Shown piece after piece: positions 1 through 13,074 of a stretch of 64,000 nucleotides of DNA. The DNA is from Octopus vulgaris (Eukaryota): the NCBI GenBank assembly GCA_951406725.2, contig OX597833.1, positions 19,716,001 through 19,780,000 on the forward strand. Direction: 5' to 3'. The translations under genes and the position numbers were made by a program. The notes beneath the pieces were generated by a model. That model searched no databases, had not been told where the DNA came from, and worked only from the letters and a program-made list of their open reading frames with translations. The stretch's first letter is position 1. Each line of letters opens with the position of its first letter.

Positions 1-178
1 ATTTTGACATGGGTTGAACTAGTTGTGGGTGTGCGGTAAGAAGTCTGCTTCTCAACCATATGGTTCTGGGTTCAGTCCCACTGAGTGACATATTTGGCAA
101 GTGTCTTCTACTATAGCTTTGGGCAGATCAAAGCCTTGTAAATGGATATGGTAGACAGAAACTGAAAGAAGCCTGTCA

Positions 179-249
<71 letters not shown>

Positions 250-513
250 ATCATTATCATTTAACGTCCATGTTCCATGTTAGCATGGGTGGGATGATAT
301 CTTTGTGGGTCTTTGTGTCAGTGCTTGTCACTCCATCACCCCTTGACAACTGGTGCTGGTGTGTTTATGCCCCCGTAACTTAGTGGTTTGGCAAAAGAGA
401 CCAATAAAGTAAGTACTAAGTTTTATAAAAAGTCCAAGGGTTGATTGTTCAACTACAACCCTTTAAAGCGGTGCTCTAGCATGGCCATGGTCAAATGACT
501 GAAACAAGTAAAA

Positions 514-560
<47 letters not shown>

Positions 561-757
561 CATACATACATGAGTTAGCTGAGTCAGAGGTAAAAATAAC
601 TGTCTAAGGGATAGAAGTATCCATTACACTACCAGTATACAACATTGGATGGTGAGACAGCTGTTAGATGGGATACAGTTTATTTGCATTGAATTAATAA
701 ATAATAATTGATGTCAGTCAATTGTTGTTCATCAATATTTCTCGATTTTCTGTTTTC

Positions 758-803
<46 letters not shown>

Positions 804-811
804 CATATATA

Positions 812-1460
812 CAGTGGCGGCCAAAATGTTCAGAACGGCATTGTTTTCGTCAGAAAATTAGATATAATTTTTATCAAAGTTGTTTTATATTCTATAATTT
901 TCACAGACAATAAATACGATATTATTTGTTATTGCCTGAGATTTTGGTGTAATTTGAGAGGATAATACAAAAGTTACGGTTGATTTAGTGATTTACTGCA
1001 AAACCCATGGTGGCCAAAATGATCAGAACGGTTGCTTTTACTCCGTGTTATAGTATATTTAACCGGCGAACTCTAATGTTTTGAATTTGTTTACGTGACG
1101 GTTTGGTTACTAAACATTAGTAAGAATATTTGCAGTGTACTTTGTTAATATAATGCCACTTACTCCGTTACCAATTCGTCAGCAGATTATTAAGCTTCGA
1201 AGGAAGGATAATTTAAGTATTGGATCTATTGCAAAGATTAACAAGTCAAAAAATCATTTTGGCCGCCATGGGTTTTGCAGTAAATCACTAAATCATCCAT
1301 AACTTTTGTATTATCCTCTCAAATTACACCAAAATCTCAGACAATAACAATTAATATTGTATTTATTGTCTGAAAATTATAGAATATAAAACTACTTTGA
1401 TAAAAACTTATACTTACTTTTCTGACGAAAACAATGCCGTTCTGAACATTTTGGCCGCCA

Positions 1461-1463
<3 letters not shown>
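812..1463 (+). mobile_element. Internally deleted Tc1-family IR/DR transposon
   Basis: About 210-bp TIRs (CAGTGGCGGCCAAAATGTTCAGAACGG...), each with an internal direct repeat, inserted in (TA)n. Residual transposase HTH start MPLTPLPIRQQIIKLRRKDNLSIGSIAK at 1153. Confidence 0.9.
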
Positions 1464-1507
<44 letters not shown>

Positions 1508-2057
1508 CAGTTTGAAGTGAAATTTCAGAATAATAATGAAACCGAAAAGTTTTAACAAAATGAAACTGCATGTATATTGGGAAAGTGAAACTGATCTATG
1601 AATACATGCTAAAATGAAATCTTGAGTTTGCTTCTGTTGAGGAATTCCCCTTTGGAAGTTTTATTCTAATTTTAGTTTTTAAAATTACTCCATTTTCCTT
1701 TTTCTCCACCACAAGTTCAATATATGGAACCATTCCAATTCTATGAAATTCAAATTGAACATGTGTTCTGACATGTCTGCATAGTTAAGAAGTGTCTTCT
1801 GTAATTTCCTAGTTTCAGATTTGATTGTTCTGTGTAGGATTGGGTGTTTTCTACCATAAGTTTGGGTTGATTGGTAACATGTAAGTGGTATTTGGTAAAG
1901 AGGACCTGTGTAGAAACCTGTTTTTTTGTCTGTGACCATGCTGGTACCACCTCAAGTTTTAGTCGAACAAATTGACCCCAGTACTTATTTATTTTTCCTT
2001 TCTTTGTGAGTCTGGTACTTTATTCTGCTGGTCTCTTTTGCTGAACCACTAAGTTAC

Positions 2058-2250
2058 ATCATCATCATCATCGTTTAACGTCCGTTCTCCATGCTAGCAT
2101 GGGTTGGACGGTTCGACCGGGGTTCTGGGAAGCCAGAAGGCTGCACCAGGCTCCAGTCTAATCTGGCAATGTTTCTACAGCTGGATGCCCTTCCTAATGC
2201 CAACCACTCCGTGAGTGTAGTGGGTGCTTTTTACGTGCCACCTGCACAGG
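2058..2250 (-). mobile_element. Short RTE 3'-end copy (others at about 14520-14757, 19348-19680, 34331-34579, 39438-39770, 41574-41790, 57742-57987, 61697-61900, 63858-64000)
   Basis: (CAT)n-TTTAACGTCCG..CCATGCTAGCATGGGTTGGACGG..GGATGCCCTTCCTAA, the same sequence as the 3' end of the RTE at 7238. Confidence 0.88.
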
Positions 2251-2761
2251 GATATAAACACACCACTTGTCAGGCAGTGATGGGGAACAAAAAAACATTC
2301 AGACACACACACACATGTGGCAGACTACTTTCAGTTTCTGTCAATCAAATTCATTTACAAGGCTTTGATTGTTTCGAGGTTATAGTAGAAGACACTTGTC
2401 AAAGTTACCTATGACTGTATCTTTTGTCAATGCTTACATTTCCAAGAGAATATAAAGTGTTTGAAGCTTATGGAACAAAGCCCCATGCAATATTTGTTTG
2501 GCTCTGAGTTACAAACTTTCTCTTGTTTCACTCTCAAAAGTTGGGTAAAGTAGTTCTTTGTCCATTGAAGACCCGTTCCCAAGTATGAAGTACCACAGTT
2601 AAAATAATATAATTCTCTTATTGTATACAGTGTTCAAGTGCACTACAACTCATCAGAGTTGAGTTGGATGACTGGCTGCTAAGCATTTTGCCAAGTATGC
2701 TAATGAATCTGCCAGCTCACCATCTTAAACAGTAATAATAATAATAATAATAATAATAATA

Positions 2762-3058
2762 CGATCGTGAGGTTGTGAATTCGAATCCTGGACCGGGCTG
2801 CATGTTGTGTTCTTGAGCAAGACACTTTATTTCACATTGCTCCAGTTCACTCAGCTGTAGAAATGAGTTGCAACATCACAGGTGCCAAGCTGTATCGGCC
2901 TTTGCCTGTCCCTTGGATAACACTGGTGGCGTGGAGAGCGGTGGCCAGTATGCATGGGCGACTGCTGGTCTTCCATAAACAACCTTGCCTGGACTTGTGC
3001 CTGGGAGGGTAACTTTCTAGGTGCAATCCCATGGTCAGTCATGACCGAAGGGGGTCTC
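2762..3058 (+). mobile_element. SINE family D (second copy about 21700-22160)
   Basis: B box GAATTCGAATCC, CORE-like TGTTCTTGAGCAAGACACTT, shared 3' body; inserted in (TAA)n. Confidence 0.75.
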
Positions 3059-3074
3059 AATAATAATAATAAAA

Positions 3075-4090
3075 TAGACATGAGAAGATTTTACTAAAAG
3101 TTAAACAAAAAAAAAAACTATCAATAGATGACATGCCATCTTCAGTGATTCAGTCATATGGAGCAAACAAGAAAAATAATAAAAATGCTCAATGGAAAGA
3201 TAGGGAAAAGGAAAGGAAGAGCAAAATAGTACCACGTGTATGGCCCACTATCACACGAGTCGAAATCATAGAGACACTGAGTGTATCAGCAACTGGAAAA
3301 CTCCAAGGATAGACAAGGTCCCCAACTTCTGGTCGAAACACCTTACCAGCATCTCATAGCAGCAACATCTAATCTATTATATAAAATCCATTCTGTCTGT
3401 CTGTGTGTCTTCTAAGATCTCGGACATCCTCCATCCAATTGTGCTCAAATTTGATATGTAGATACTAACGGTATCAGGGCGTGTATAAGTCTTGAAAAAA
3501 TTACAAAAATCGACTCCAGGTGAGAATGCGATTGATAAAGCCGTGGGAATGTGCATTTGTATGCGCAAGTACATCAGTCGAAATCCGTCTTTTGCTGGTG
3601 TATCAAATTTAGGTTAAATCAGTGTTTCTCAAAGGGGAGGCCTATGGGACGGTCAGACAAGTTGTTTTGATAAAATTTGGTTTAAATGTTTGACAACTCA
3701 GCACCGTCCATTGGACGGGGTGGAGGTGGGGGTGTTTTACTCATTTATTAATAAGCAAGCCAGAATCAACACGAAACTGGATATGGAAAGACAAACCACC
3801 CTAATTCCCCAAAACGAAGACACCGTACAACCACAAAATAATGGGTCGATAACATGCCTATCAATATCGTACAAAACCCTCACGCCAGTCACTATCTATA
3901 ACTGGCGTATAATACATCTGGAAAACATTTTACCAGAAAAACAAAGGGGGTGCTGGCGAGGGATGTACGGCTGTGTGGAGCAACTTCTGATAAATTGTAA
4001 GCCCCATACTTATCCTATCGGTCTCTTTTGCTGAACCACTAGGTTACGGGGACAAAAAACACACCAACATCGGTTGTCAAGCGATGGTGG

Positions 4091-4157
<67 letters not shown>

Positions 4158-4400
4158 ATACATACAATGAGCTTCTTTCAGTAAGAAGAGAACAACAAAC
4201 CTGAACATAACTTAGACTGATTACCAGAAAGCATTTGACAGTGTTCCATACTCATGGATATTGGAGCCTCCCCACATAAATAAATAAAATAGCTTCAGCA
4301 CTTCTAAGATATATCAATCATACAATGACAACCTGGGAAACCTGTTCAAGACGCAATCAAATCAGTAATACAACCCAAACAGAACAATTCACAAACACAA
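3075..4400 (+). mobile_element. Decayed R4/Dong-like non-LTR reverse transcriptase fragment interrupted by a Helitron 5' end and a SINE
   Basis: Remnant motifs DKVPNFWSKHL, TTLIP...ITCLSISYKTLT, LPEKQRGCWRGMYGCVEQLLIN, DYQKAFDSVPYSWILE; adjacent to (TAA)n. Confidence 0.7.
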
Positions 4401-4597
4401 AATGCAGTCGGGCGCAGGAGTGGCTGTGTGGTAAGTAGCTTGCTTACCAACCACATGGTTCTGGGTTCAGTCCCACTGTGTGTCATTTTGGGCAAGTGTC
4501 ACCTCGGGCCAATCAAATCCTTGTGAGTAGATTTGGTAGACAGAAACTGAAAGAAGCTTGTTGTATGTATGTGTGTGCGTGTGTGTGTATGTGTGTG

Positions 4598-4628
<31 letters not shown>

Positions 4629-5098
4629 TTCTCCCCCTCCATTGCTTGACAACCGATGTTGGTATGTTATTTGTCCCTGTAACCTAGTGGTTCAGCAAAA
4701 GAGACCAATAGGATAAGTACTTGGCTTACAAAAAATAATTCATGGGTTTGATTTGTTCGACTAAAGGTGGTGCTCCAGCATGGCCGCAGTCAAGTGACTG
4801 AAACAAGTAAAAGAGTAAAAAGAGTATATAGCAAATGACCAATGAAATAAATTACCACCCACAGACTGGGTACTTAACGCATTACACACACAACACAAAC
4901 ACTAATACAACAAAATTCTGCACTGCACCCCTTAATAAAAAAAAAAAAAAGAAATTGATGCAATACAATATCAGGAATTGTTTGCACACTCCCAAGAACA
5001 CAGTGCTGCACCCCTACCTCCACCCAGAAACACAGGTGTAGCAAGTGACGTAGTATAAATTTACCTGAAACTAACCAAATGCTTAATAATAGTAATAA

Positions 5099-5888
5099 CT
5101 AGCAGTATAACCCGGCCTTGCCCAGGATTAAGTTACGATTATTAAGCTAATCAAGTTCTTTATTCAAACCAAACTAAGTAATATCGACTCTCAACAAAAC
5201 ACTTTTTTACTCGGCGTAAAATAAAAACAAAACTCTTTTGCACCCAAAGTAATGTGTGTGAGAGAGAGAGGGGAAAGAAAGATGAACGATTTAAAATAAA
5301 TAAATGATTTAAAATAAATATATTGTAATTGTTGTGTGAGAAAGTATATATACTATGATTATAAAATATATGTCTTTCAAAAACATCCTGAATTTGAACA
5401 CTATATCTCTTGTTTAAGAAAAAACAAAACATTTTACATTTTATTTTTTATGAACGTTGTCACTTACTCTCTCTCTCTATCTCTCACTTTGTCTTTCCCG
5501 TTTTCTTGTTTAGACGCCGTGAAACTCTCTTCTACTTTTCTTTATCTTATTTTTTTTTGTTAGACGCCGTCAAAAAGCTAAGGCTGAAAATAGATTTTTA
5601 TGAACGTCGTCATTTACTCTCTCTCTCTCCCTCTCTCACTTTGTCTTTCCTGTGAAACTCCGCCCCTCTTCCACTTTTCTTTATCTTATTTTATTTTTGT
5701 TAGACGCTGTCAAAAAGCTATGGCTGAAAATAGAATTTTACCGCCATCCGCGGGTGCCTTGGGAAAAAAATAAGTTGACAAAACCCAGATAGGATGTTGA
5801 TGAATGTCCTCCTAAAATTTGATCGACATGCATGCTAATTTGTGGATGTACACACATACACACACATCTTGCCTTATATATATACAGA
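5099..5888 (-). mobile_element. Non-autonomous Helitron
   Basis: On the minus strand starts A|TC(TGTATATATATAAG), ends with a GC-rich hairpin and CTAG|T; internal short tandem duplications. Confidence 0.8.
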
Positions 5889-5950
5889 TAATAATAATAA
5901 AGTGAAAAACTGTTTGTTATTGCTAAATCTTGCATTCTTTGTTTTGATAG

Positions 5951-6106
<156 letters not shown>

Positions 6107-6351
6107 TGATATTTAATTATTGCTTATTGAAAAATGCTTTTTTTTTTGGTTGAGTTGAAATGTAACCTTGTCGAATATTTAGTTGGATGATAAATCTGGT
6201 GTCGGGATGAGATGGTTGGGCACAGCTCTTTGGATGCTGATGGTATGGCCCAGCCGATTGGACATTCAGCCTGTTTTGGTGGTTATACTTTTTGGTGCTG
6301 GAAGCAAAAACACACACATACAAAAATATAAACACACTGATAGACAGATAT

Positions 6352-6740
6352 AGGCGCAGTAGTGGTTGTGTGGTAAGTAGCTTGCTTACCAACCACATGG
6401 TTCCAGGTTCAGTTCCACTGCGTGGCACCTTGGGCAAGTGTCCTCTACTATAGCCTCAGGCTGACCAAAGCCATGTGAGTGGATTTGGTAGATGGAAACT
6501 GAAAAGAAGCCCGTCGTATATATGTATATGTGTGTTTGTGTCTGTGTTTGTCGCCCCAACATCGCTTGACAACCGATGGTGGTGTGTATATGTCCCCGTA
6601 GCTTAACGGTTCGGCATAAGAGACCGATAGAATAAGTCCTAGGCTTACAAAGAATAAGTCCTGGGGTCGATTTGCTCAATTAAAGGCGGTGCTCCAGCAT
6701 GACTGCAGTCAAATGACTGAAACAAGTAAAAGAGTAAAGA
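6352..6740 (+). mobile_element. tRNA-derived SINE family A (others at about 24-516, 4411-4823, 20745-21161(-), 24077-24480, 38708-39063(-), 39938-40258, 40509-40902, 51193-51592(-), 61043-61450(-))
   Basis: Pol III A box TGGTTGTGTGG and B box GGTTCAGTTCC, CORE-like CACCTTGGGCAAGTG, internal TA/TG microsatellite, shared 3' part ending GAAACAAGTAAAAGA. Confidence 0.88.
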
Positions 6741-7237
6741 GATAGAGAGAGACATTAGACATTCAAACATATCTAAAATGCTCATATACACAAACAGTGA
6801 GACACACACACACACACACACATTACAATTAATTGAACACACATGATATAATATTTTCTTCTAGCGAGACATGTTTTTTTTATTGAAGACAAAAAATGAA
6901 TAGCTTCGCTTGTATGATGGTGACACTTGTTTACAGCCATCACAAAATGTTGAACATGGGTGCACACTCACATCCTTCACCAAACTTGGAACCTGCAATT
7001 CACTTGGATCTTGAGTCTATAGACAGCTGTGCAATAGATGCAGTGAGTGTGTGACCTTGATGCCTTAGTCAGTGTAATTAGTCAGCCAATTGTGAATGTA
7101 TCAATGACTGGACGAAGTGAATAAGTATTTGTCATTATACATTGTTATATTGTATAGTGTTCCATTCTCACGGATATTGGAGTCTCTCCACACAAATATA
7201 ATAACTTCATCTATTTAGTGAGTAAGTATTTGTCATT

Positions 7238-9592
7238 ATCATCATCATCATCATTTAACGTCCGTTTTCCATGCTAGCATGGGTTGGACGGTTCAACTGG
7301 GGTCTGTGAAACCGGAAGGCTTCATCAGGCCCAGTCAGATCTGGCAGTGTTTCTACGGCTGGATGCCCTTCCTAACGCCAACCACTCCGTGAGTGTAGTG
7401 GGTGCTTTGTATGTGCCACTGACACAGGTGCCAGACGAGGCTGGCGAACGGCCACGCTCGGATGGTGCTTTTTACGTGCCACCAGCACAGAGGCCAGGTG
7501 AGGCTGGCACAGCCACGATCGGATGGTGTTTGTTACATGCCACCAGCACGGAGGCCAGTCGATGCAGTGCTGGCTACGGCCACGTTCTGATGGTTCTCTT
7601 ATGTGCCACCGGCACTGGTACCACAAACTACAAATTCCATTGATGTTGATTGATTTCGATTTTGATTTGATTTTTTGATTCTTTGATTTTCACTTGCCTC
7701 AACAGGTCTTCACTAGTAGAGTTATGTGTCCCAAGAAGGAAGGTATGCACAGGTGGACTGACTACGTCCCAGGTAGGGGCCATGGGTTATGGCCTCACTT
7801 GTTCTGCCGAGTCTTCTCACACACAGCATACTTCCAAAGATCTCGGTCTCGGTCTCTGGGCATTTCCTCGGTGAGACCTAAAGAGCGAAGGTCGTGCTTC
7901 ACCACCTCATCCCAGGTTTTCCTGGGTCTACCTCTTCCACAGGTTCCCTCAACTCCGCTAGGGTGTGGCACTTTTTCACACAACTATCTTCATCCATTCT
8001 TACCACGTGTCCATACCAGCGTAGACGTCTCTCTTGCATACCACATCTGATGCTTCTTAGGTCCAACTTTTCTCTCAAGGCACTTACACTCTGTCCGGGT
8101 ATGAACACTGACATTACACATCCATCGGAGCATACTGGCTTCATTTCTTGCAAGCTTACGCATATCCTCAGCAGTCACGGCCCATGTTTCACTGCCATGT
8201 AGCATGGCTGTTCGTACACATGCGTCATACAGTCTGCCTTTTACTCTGAGCGAGAGACCTTTTGTCATCATGCTCAGGCTATTCTTACTCTAGCAGTTAC
8301 ACTTTTGGCACACCCGCCCCTGCTACTGACTTGATCTCCTAGGTAACGGAAACTATCAACTATTTCTAGTTTGTCTCCCTGGAATGTGGCAGAAGATGGT
8401 CTCTGTGCATTTTCAGTGTTTATTGCACCAGAACATCTGTCACATACAAAAACTATATTCCTAGTTAGCCTTCCTTTGATATTGCTACACCTCTTATGTG
8501 TCCATAGCTTACACTTGGTGCATCTTATAGAGTTTCTATCTACACCTTTTCTACAGATCGAGCAGGGCCATCTTCCTGAAGACATTTGTGGATTGTCTAC
8601 CTTCCTACTTATTAGGACTTTGGTTTTAGCTAGGTTGACTCTAAGGCCCTTCGATTCTAATCGATTCCACATCTGAAACTTCTCCTCCAGTTCTGATAGT
8701 GATTCAGCAATTAGAGCAAGGTCATCAGCATAGAGGAGCTCCCAGGGGCATTCTGTCTTGAATTCCTCCGTTATTGCCTGGAGGACTATGATAAATAGGA
8801 GGGGGCTGAGGACTGAGCCTTGGTGGACCCCAACCTCTACCGGAATTCTTCACTGTACTCGTTGCCAACCCTCACCTTACTAACAGCGTCCTTGTACATG
8901 GCACGCACAGCTCTCACTAACCATTCATCTATCCCTAGTTTCCTCATTGACTACCAGATAAGGGATCGGGGGACCCTGTCAAAGGCTTTCTCCAAGTCAA
9001 CGAAAGCCAGGTACAGAGTTTTATCTTCGGCTAGGTATTTCTCCTGCAGCTGTCTCACCAGAAATATGGCATTGGTGGTGCTTTTCCCTGGCACGAAACC
9101 AAACTGCATCTCGTCCAGGTTGACTCTCTCCCTAATCAGTTGGGCTATGACCCTTTCCGTAACCTTCATTACCTGATCCAACAGCTTGATACCTCTGTAA
9201 TTACTTGTATCTAGGGCGTCACCTTTACCTTTGTAGCAGTTGACTATTATGCTACTACACCAGTCATTGGGTATGACTCCTTCGTGTATCACCTGGTTAA
9301 CTATACGGGTGACTAGGCTATAGCCAACACTGCCAGATATTTTGAGCATCTCAGCAGTAATTCCTGATGGGCCTGGAGCTTTCCCTGTCTTCATGCTTCT
9401 AATTGCCTTAACTACCATGGAACTGTCAACTCAGATGGCTGGTCCCTCTGTTGGGTTGACATTCGGCAGACTCTCTTTATCCCATTCATTCTCTTTGTTG
9501 AGCAGCCTTTCATAGTGGCATCTCCAAACCTCTCTCTTTGCATCCTCATTAACGCAAGTGAACCATCATCCATGCGGACATGTTTCTCTCCT
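7238..9592 (-). mobile_element. 5'-truncated RTE-clade LINE (RT, PHD-like finger, 3' UTR, (GAT)n tail)
   Basis: KAPGPSGITAEMLK, NYRGIKLL, QFGFVPGKST, AFVDLEKAFDRVPR, LLYADDL, FRYLG, MLHGSETW, RRLRWYGHV, GRGRPRKTW, with a few stops and frameshifts; continues into a 3' UTR with ~60-bp repeats and a (GAT)n tail. Confidence 0.95.
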
Positions 9593-9847
9593 ACCACATA
9601 TATATATATATATCATCATTAACATTCGTTTTCCAGGAACTGGCATGGCTGGGTACACACAAAGCTTCATGGTCTGTTTTGACTTGGTTTCTACAGCTGT
9701 ACGACCTTCCTAATGCCATCCACTTTACAGAGTGTACTGGGTGCTTTTTATGTGGCACCAGCACCAGTGTTTTTTAAATACACACACAAAGCACGTGCTT
9801 ATTTTGGTTCCTGTTTTCTAAATCTATCCACATGGCTTTGATCAGCC

Positions 9848-10333
9848 TGAGGCTTGAAAGAGTCCAGAAGCTGGCTACCCGCATGGTTCTTGGTCTCAAG
9901 CATTTGTCTTATGAAGAAAGGCTGAAGACCCTCGACCTTTATTCTCTAGAAAAACGCCACCGCCGTGGTGATCTCATTCTTGCTCATAACATCATAAGCG
10001 GAAAGTGTAACCTCTTGAAAGAGCTGTTCTTCACTCCTGCTCCAGAAGCGTCGGCTGCAGGGTCACTCTGAAAAGCTCTATCTGCGACGATTTCATCTCA
10101 ATCGAAGGAGAGGGGCTTTCTCCGTCCGGGTTGCGGATCCGTGGAATAAGCTGCCGGACGAGATAGTGAAGATGCCGACAACCGCTCGGTTCAAAGTCTC
10201 CCTTGACCACAATTGACCTGAACTCTTTGCATGAACACCACCCTGTACATAACTCCATGTCCCCCTACATGGCCTTGCTTTTTGCTTTTTGAGCCAAAAA
10301 ATTAACTTAACTTAACTAACTTAACTTAACTAA
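9848..10333 (+). mobile_element. CR1-clade LINE 3' end
   Basis: LERVQKLATRMV..LSYEERLKTLDLYSLEKR..RGDLI..; FSVRVADPWNKLP; (TTAAC)n tail. Confidence 0.9.
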
Positions 10334-10410
10334 AATATTTGCATAAGCTGCCATGAACAAACTCTATCAATCTGAGAATTTTCATTTGAATATTTCTTTC
10401 TTCTTTCCAG

Positions 10411-10503
10411 CAAGAAATGTTGCGGTTTCCGAAATTACATGAAAGAATAGTGGATGTTGTTACATATTTACTTCGGCGCCGTCTACCACCAACCAATGCA
10501 ATG
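10411..10503 (+). CDS. DNM1L: Drp1 exon, middle domain
   Basis: Polypyrimidine-ccag|CAA...ATG|gtaagt, 93 bp, phase 0-0. [31 protein letters not shown] continues the previous exon in frame. Confidence 0.97.
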
Positions 10504-10547
10504 GTAAGTGAACTTCTTGTTAAAGAGTGATACTTATTATATCTAAG

Positions 10548-11267
10548 GTTGAGGGTTGGACATGAACCTTCTTTGGCGGTGGTGAGTTATCACACTTCCA
10601 TTGCTTCGACTGGACTTTAGTCTCAGGATCATAGTGATGGACCCATGTTTTATCCTGTGTGATAAGTCTGCTGAAAACATCCTTCTCTTTTTCTTGGTAT
10701 TTTACCAAAAGAGCCTGGGAGCTATTGACGCGTTCTTGTTTCTGAAAAGGTGTGAGCATCTGAGGAATCCATTATGCAGACAACTTCTTCTTGTGCAGAT
10801 GGCCCCTGCACTTCACTTCTTGGGCTAGTTACCAAATAGTTATGTGGCAATTCTCCAAAACGGTGGATTCCACTTTGTTGATGGTGCTGTCATCAATGGC
10901 AGCATGTGGTTGTTCAGGAATAGGAGCAGTTCCCATCGATGTCCAACCACATTTCAACTGGCCATGCCAGTGCTTCACTATGTCATATGATGGTGCATCA
11001 TCACCATAAACTCCTTTCAGCTCATTGAAAGTCTCTTTTGGCGTACAACCTTTCAAGTATAAGAACCTGATCACTGATCCGCATTCGACTGCCTCCATTA
11101 TATCTCCTTAGTCCACTTCAGCAGCCATAAAAGACAAATGAATACTAGTGGAAAGCTGCAATTTACAATGTGACATGGAGGGACATGTATGATTATACAT
11201 GTACAAGTTCCGTTTCCTGCAATAACCAGAAGCGTATCAGGGGAAATCTTTAATGACCACCCTCATA
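10548..11267 (-). mobile_element. Mariner transposon 5' part (transposase pseudogene and one TIR)
   Basis: MEAVEC..IRFLYLKG..VYGDDAPSY; WIPQMLT (WVPHEL-like); ITQDKTWVHHYDPETKVQSKQW; TIR TA|TGAGGGTGGTCATTAAAG. Confidence 0.9.
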
Positions 11268-11408
11268 GTATGCTCAGTTGGGAATCGTGTTATGCTTATC
11301 ATGTATTGGTCTCTAATGACAGGTTGGCAATCATTGATTCTTCTACTGCAAAAATGCCTCCCAGCGACCACCTAGAATGCTCAGCTAACCAGAATGCATG
11401 GGCTATAA

Positions 11409-11638
11409 GGCGGCAAGCTGGCAGAAATGTTAGCACACCGGGCGAAATGCTTAGTGGTATTTTGTCTTCCACAACATTCTGAGTTCAAATTCCGCCGAGG
11501 TTGACTTTGCCTTTCATCCTTTCGGGGTTGATTAAATAAGTACCAGTTATGCACTGGGGTTGATATAATCGACTTAATCCGTTTCTGTCCTTGTTTGTCC
11601 CCTCTGTGTGTAGCCCCTTGTGGGTAGTAAAGAAATAA
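11409..11638 (+). mobile_element. tRNA-derived SINE family B with Meta/Sauria-like central domain (others at about 14295-14457, 25655-26098, 52915-53140, 55695-55918(-), 61945-62385)
   Basis: GCTGGCAGAA A box, GAGTTCAAATTCC B box, GACTTTGCCTTTCATCCTTTCGGGGTTGATTAAATAAGTACCAG core. Confidence 0.82.
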
Positions 11639-12199
11639 GAATGCATGGGCTATTGCTTGTGTTTACATGACCATGCTGTGAGGCTGTGTATGCTTTATAT
11701 GGATTTATGTACTTGTATCCATCAACATGGGACCAGTGGGGAAAAAAACAATATGAAGGCGCTTAATCCTAACAAACAATGCAGACAAATGTATTTTCTA
11801 CGATCAAGTGGAAGCTTTGCTGCTGTGGCTTGTGAGTTTAGTGCAAATGAATCTACCATTTACAAAGTACAAGCAGATGATAGATTTATCACTGTGTTGT
11901 TTTAGGAACCATGCTCCCATGATAAATGAGGAGAGATGTACATGCTTGTCCAAGTAGTAGCCATACATTTAACTATTTTGTTTTCTATGCTTGATACTTT
12001 TGAACTGCTTCTCTTCATAACCCAAACTTGTTACATTTTATGCTTTTTACTGATACAGTCTATCACAAATTTCTTTGGACTCTTCTTATTCATTTTTTTT
12101 CTCCATTTCTCCATTAACCAACATAAAATGAAATTATTCAGTTGTCATTATGAGTTCAAGTATTTGGTTGTTGTTTATGCTTTTCTCTTCATTTTCCAG

Positions 12200-12391
12200 G
12201 TAGAAAACCTTGTTGCTGTCGAGCTTGCTTACATCAACACTAAACATCCAGATTTCACAGAAGCTAACTTAGTTCACAAGACAGCTGTAGAAGACACTCA
12301 GGATAGGCGACTGGTTAAAGACAGTGGTACTCCAGCTAAGACGGCGCCAATACCTGATGTGACAGAAATTAGAGAAAATAAAGAGCTTAAA
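12200..12391 (+). CDS. DNM1L: Drp1 exon, end of middle domain and start of variable domain
   Basis: ttttccag|GTA...AAA|gtaagt, 192 bp, phase 0-0. VENLVAVELAYINTKHPDFTEANL... contains the conserved ELAYINTKHPDF motif. Confidence 0.97.
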
Positions 12392-12510
12392 GTAAGTGTA
12401 AACCAATTTTCCCATGATTCCAAATAAGATTTAATATTTCACCAGATATAACAAAGCTAGAATTTTCTATACATTTTCAATTTTTTTCAAAAATTATATT
12501 TTGTCAAAAG

Positions 12511-12556
<46 letters not shown>

Positions 12557-12641
12557 AGAGTTTACAAAAAAAACAAAAGACGAAGACAAGTGGTGTACAA
12601 AACAAACAGATGTATTAGTATAACGCTCAGGAATAGAAAAA

Positions 12642-12681
12642 GTCTTTTACGTTTCAAGCCTACGCTCTTCTACAGAAAGGG

Positions 12682-12683
<2 letters not shown>
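12642..12683 (-). ncRNA. Minimal hammerhead-like motif with A6U core change
   Basis: cuuu-CUGUAGA-A-gagc(guag)gcuu-GAAA-cg-UA-aaag. Confidence 0.62.
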
Positions 12684-12713
<30 letters not shown>

Positions 12714-13074
12714 GTATACACACTTATACACACACACCTGTTTTTTTTCACAGGAGTTTTGTAGATTCTCTTCCTCAATGTGTTAGTAACTTACATTTCA
12801 CAAGCAAGAAAATTCCATAATGGTATTTAAAAAGCAGTTTTTGTAATGTTTGGTCAAGGGACCAATCTCACTACCCCTGATTGGAACCTGGTTTATTATA
12901 TCAAGTAGCATTCTTCTCCATTAACAATCAAAGCAGAGACGATCAAAATTAAGTAAGTGCCTTGCCCTCAGACATAGAAAAAGATGTCTTGTGATAGGGA
13001 CACATGCTCCATAAGATGGCTGTTTGCTAGCTCTCCTGCTGGGCCATTTTTACCACTTTCATAGATGATATTAT

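Noticed and set aside
7305-7332. Minus-strand CTGATGA followed by a small hairpin in the RTE 3' UTR
   Set aside because: No GAAA follows, and other copies read CTGGTGC or CTGATGC.
11936-12199. 5' part of the 163-aa ORF 11936-12427
   Set aside because: Intronic read-through; Drp1 similarity starts only at the acceptor at 12200.
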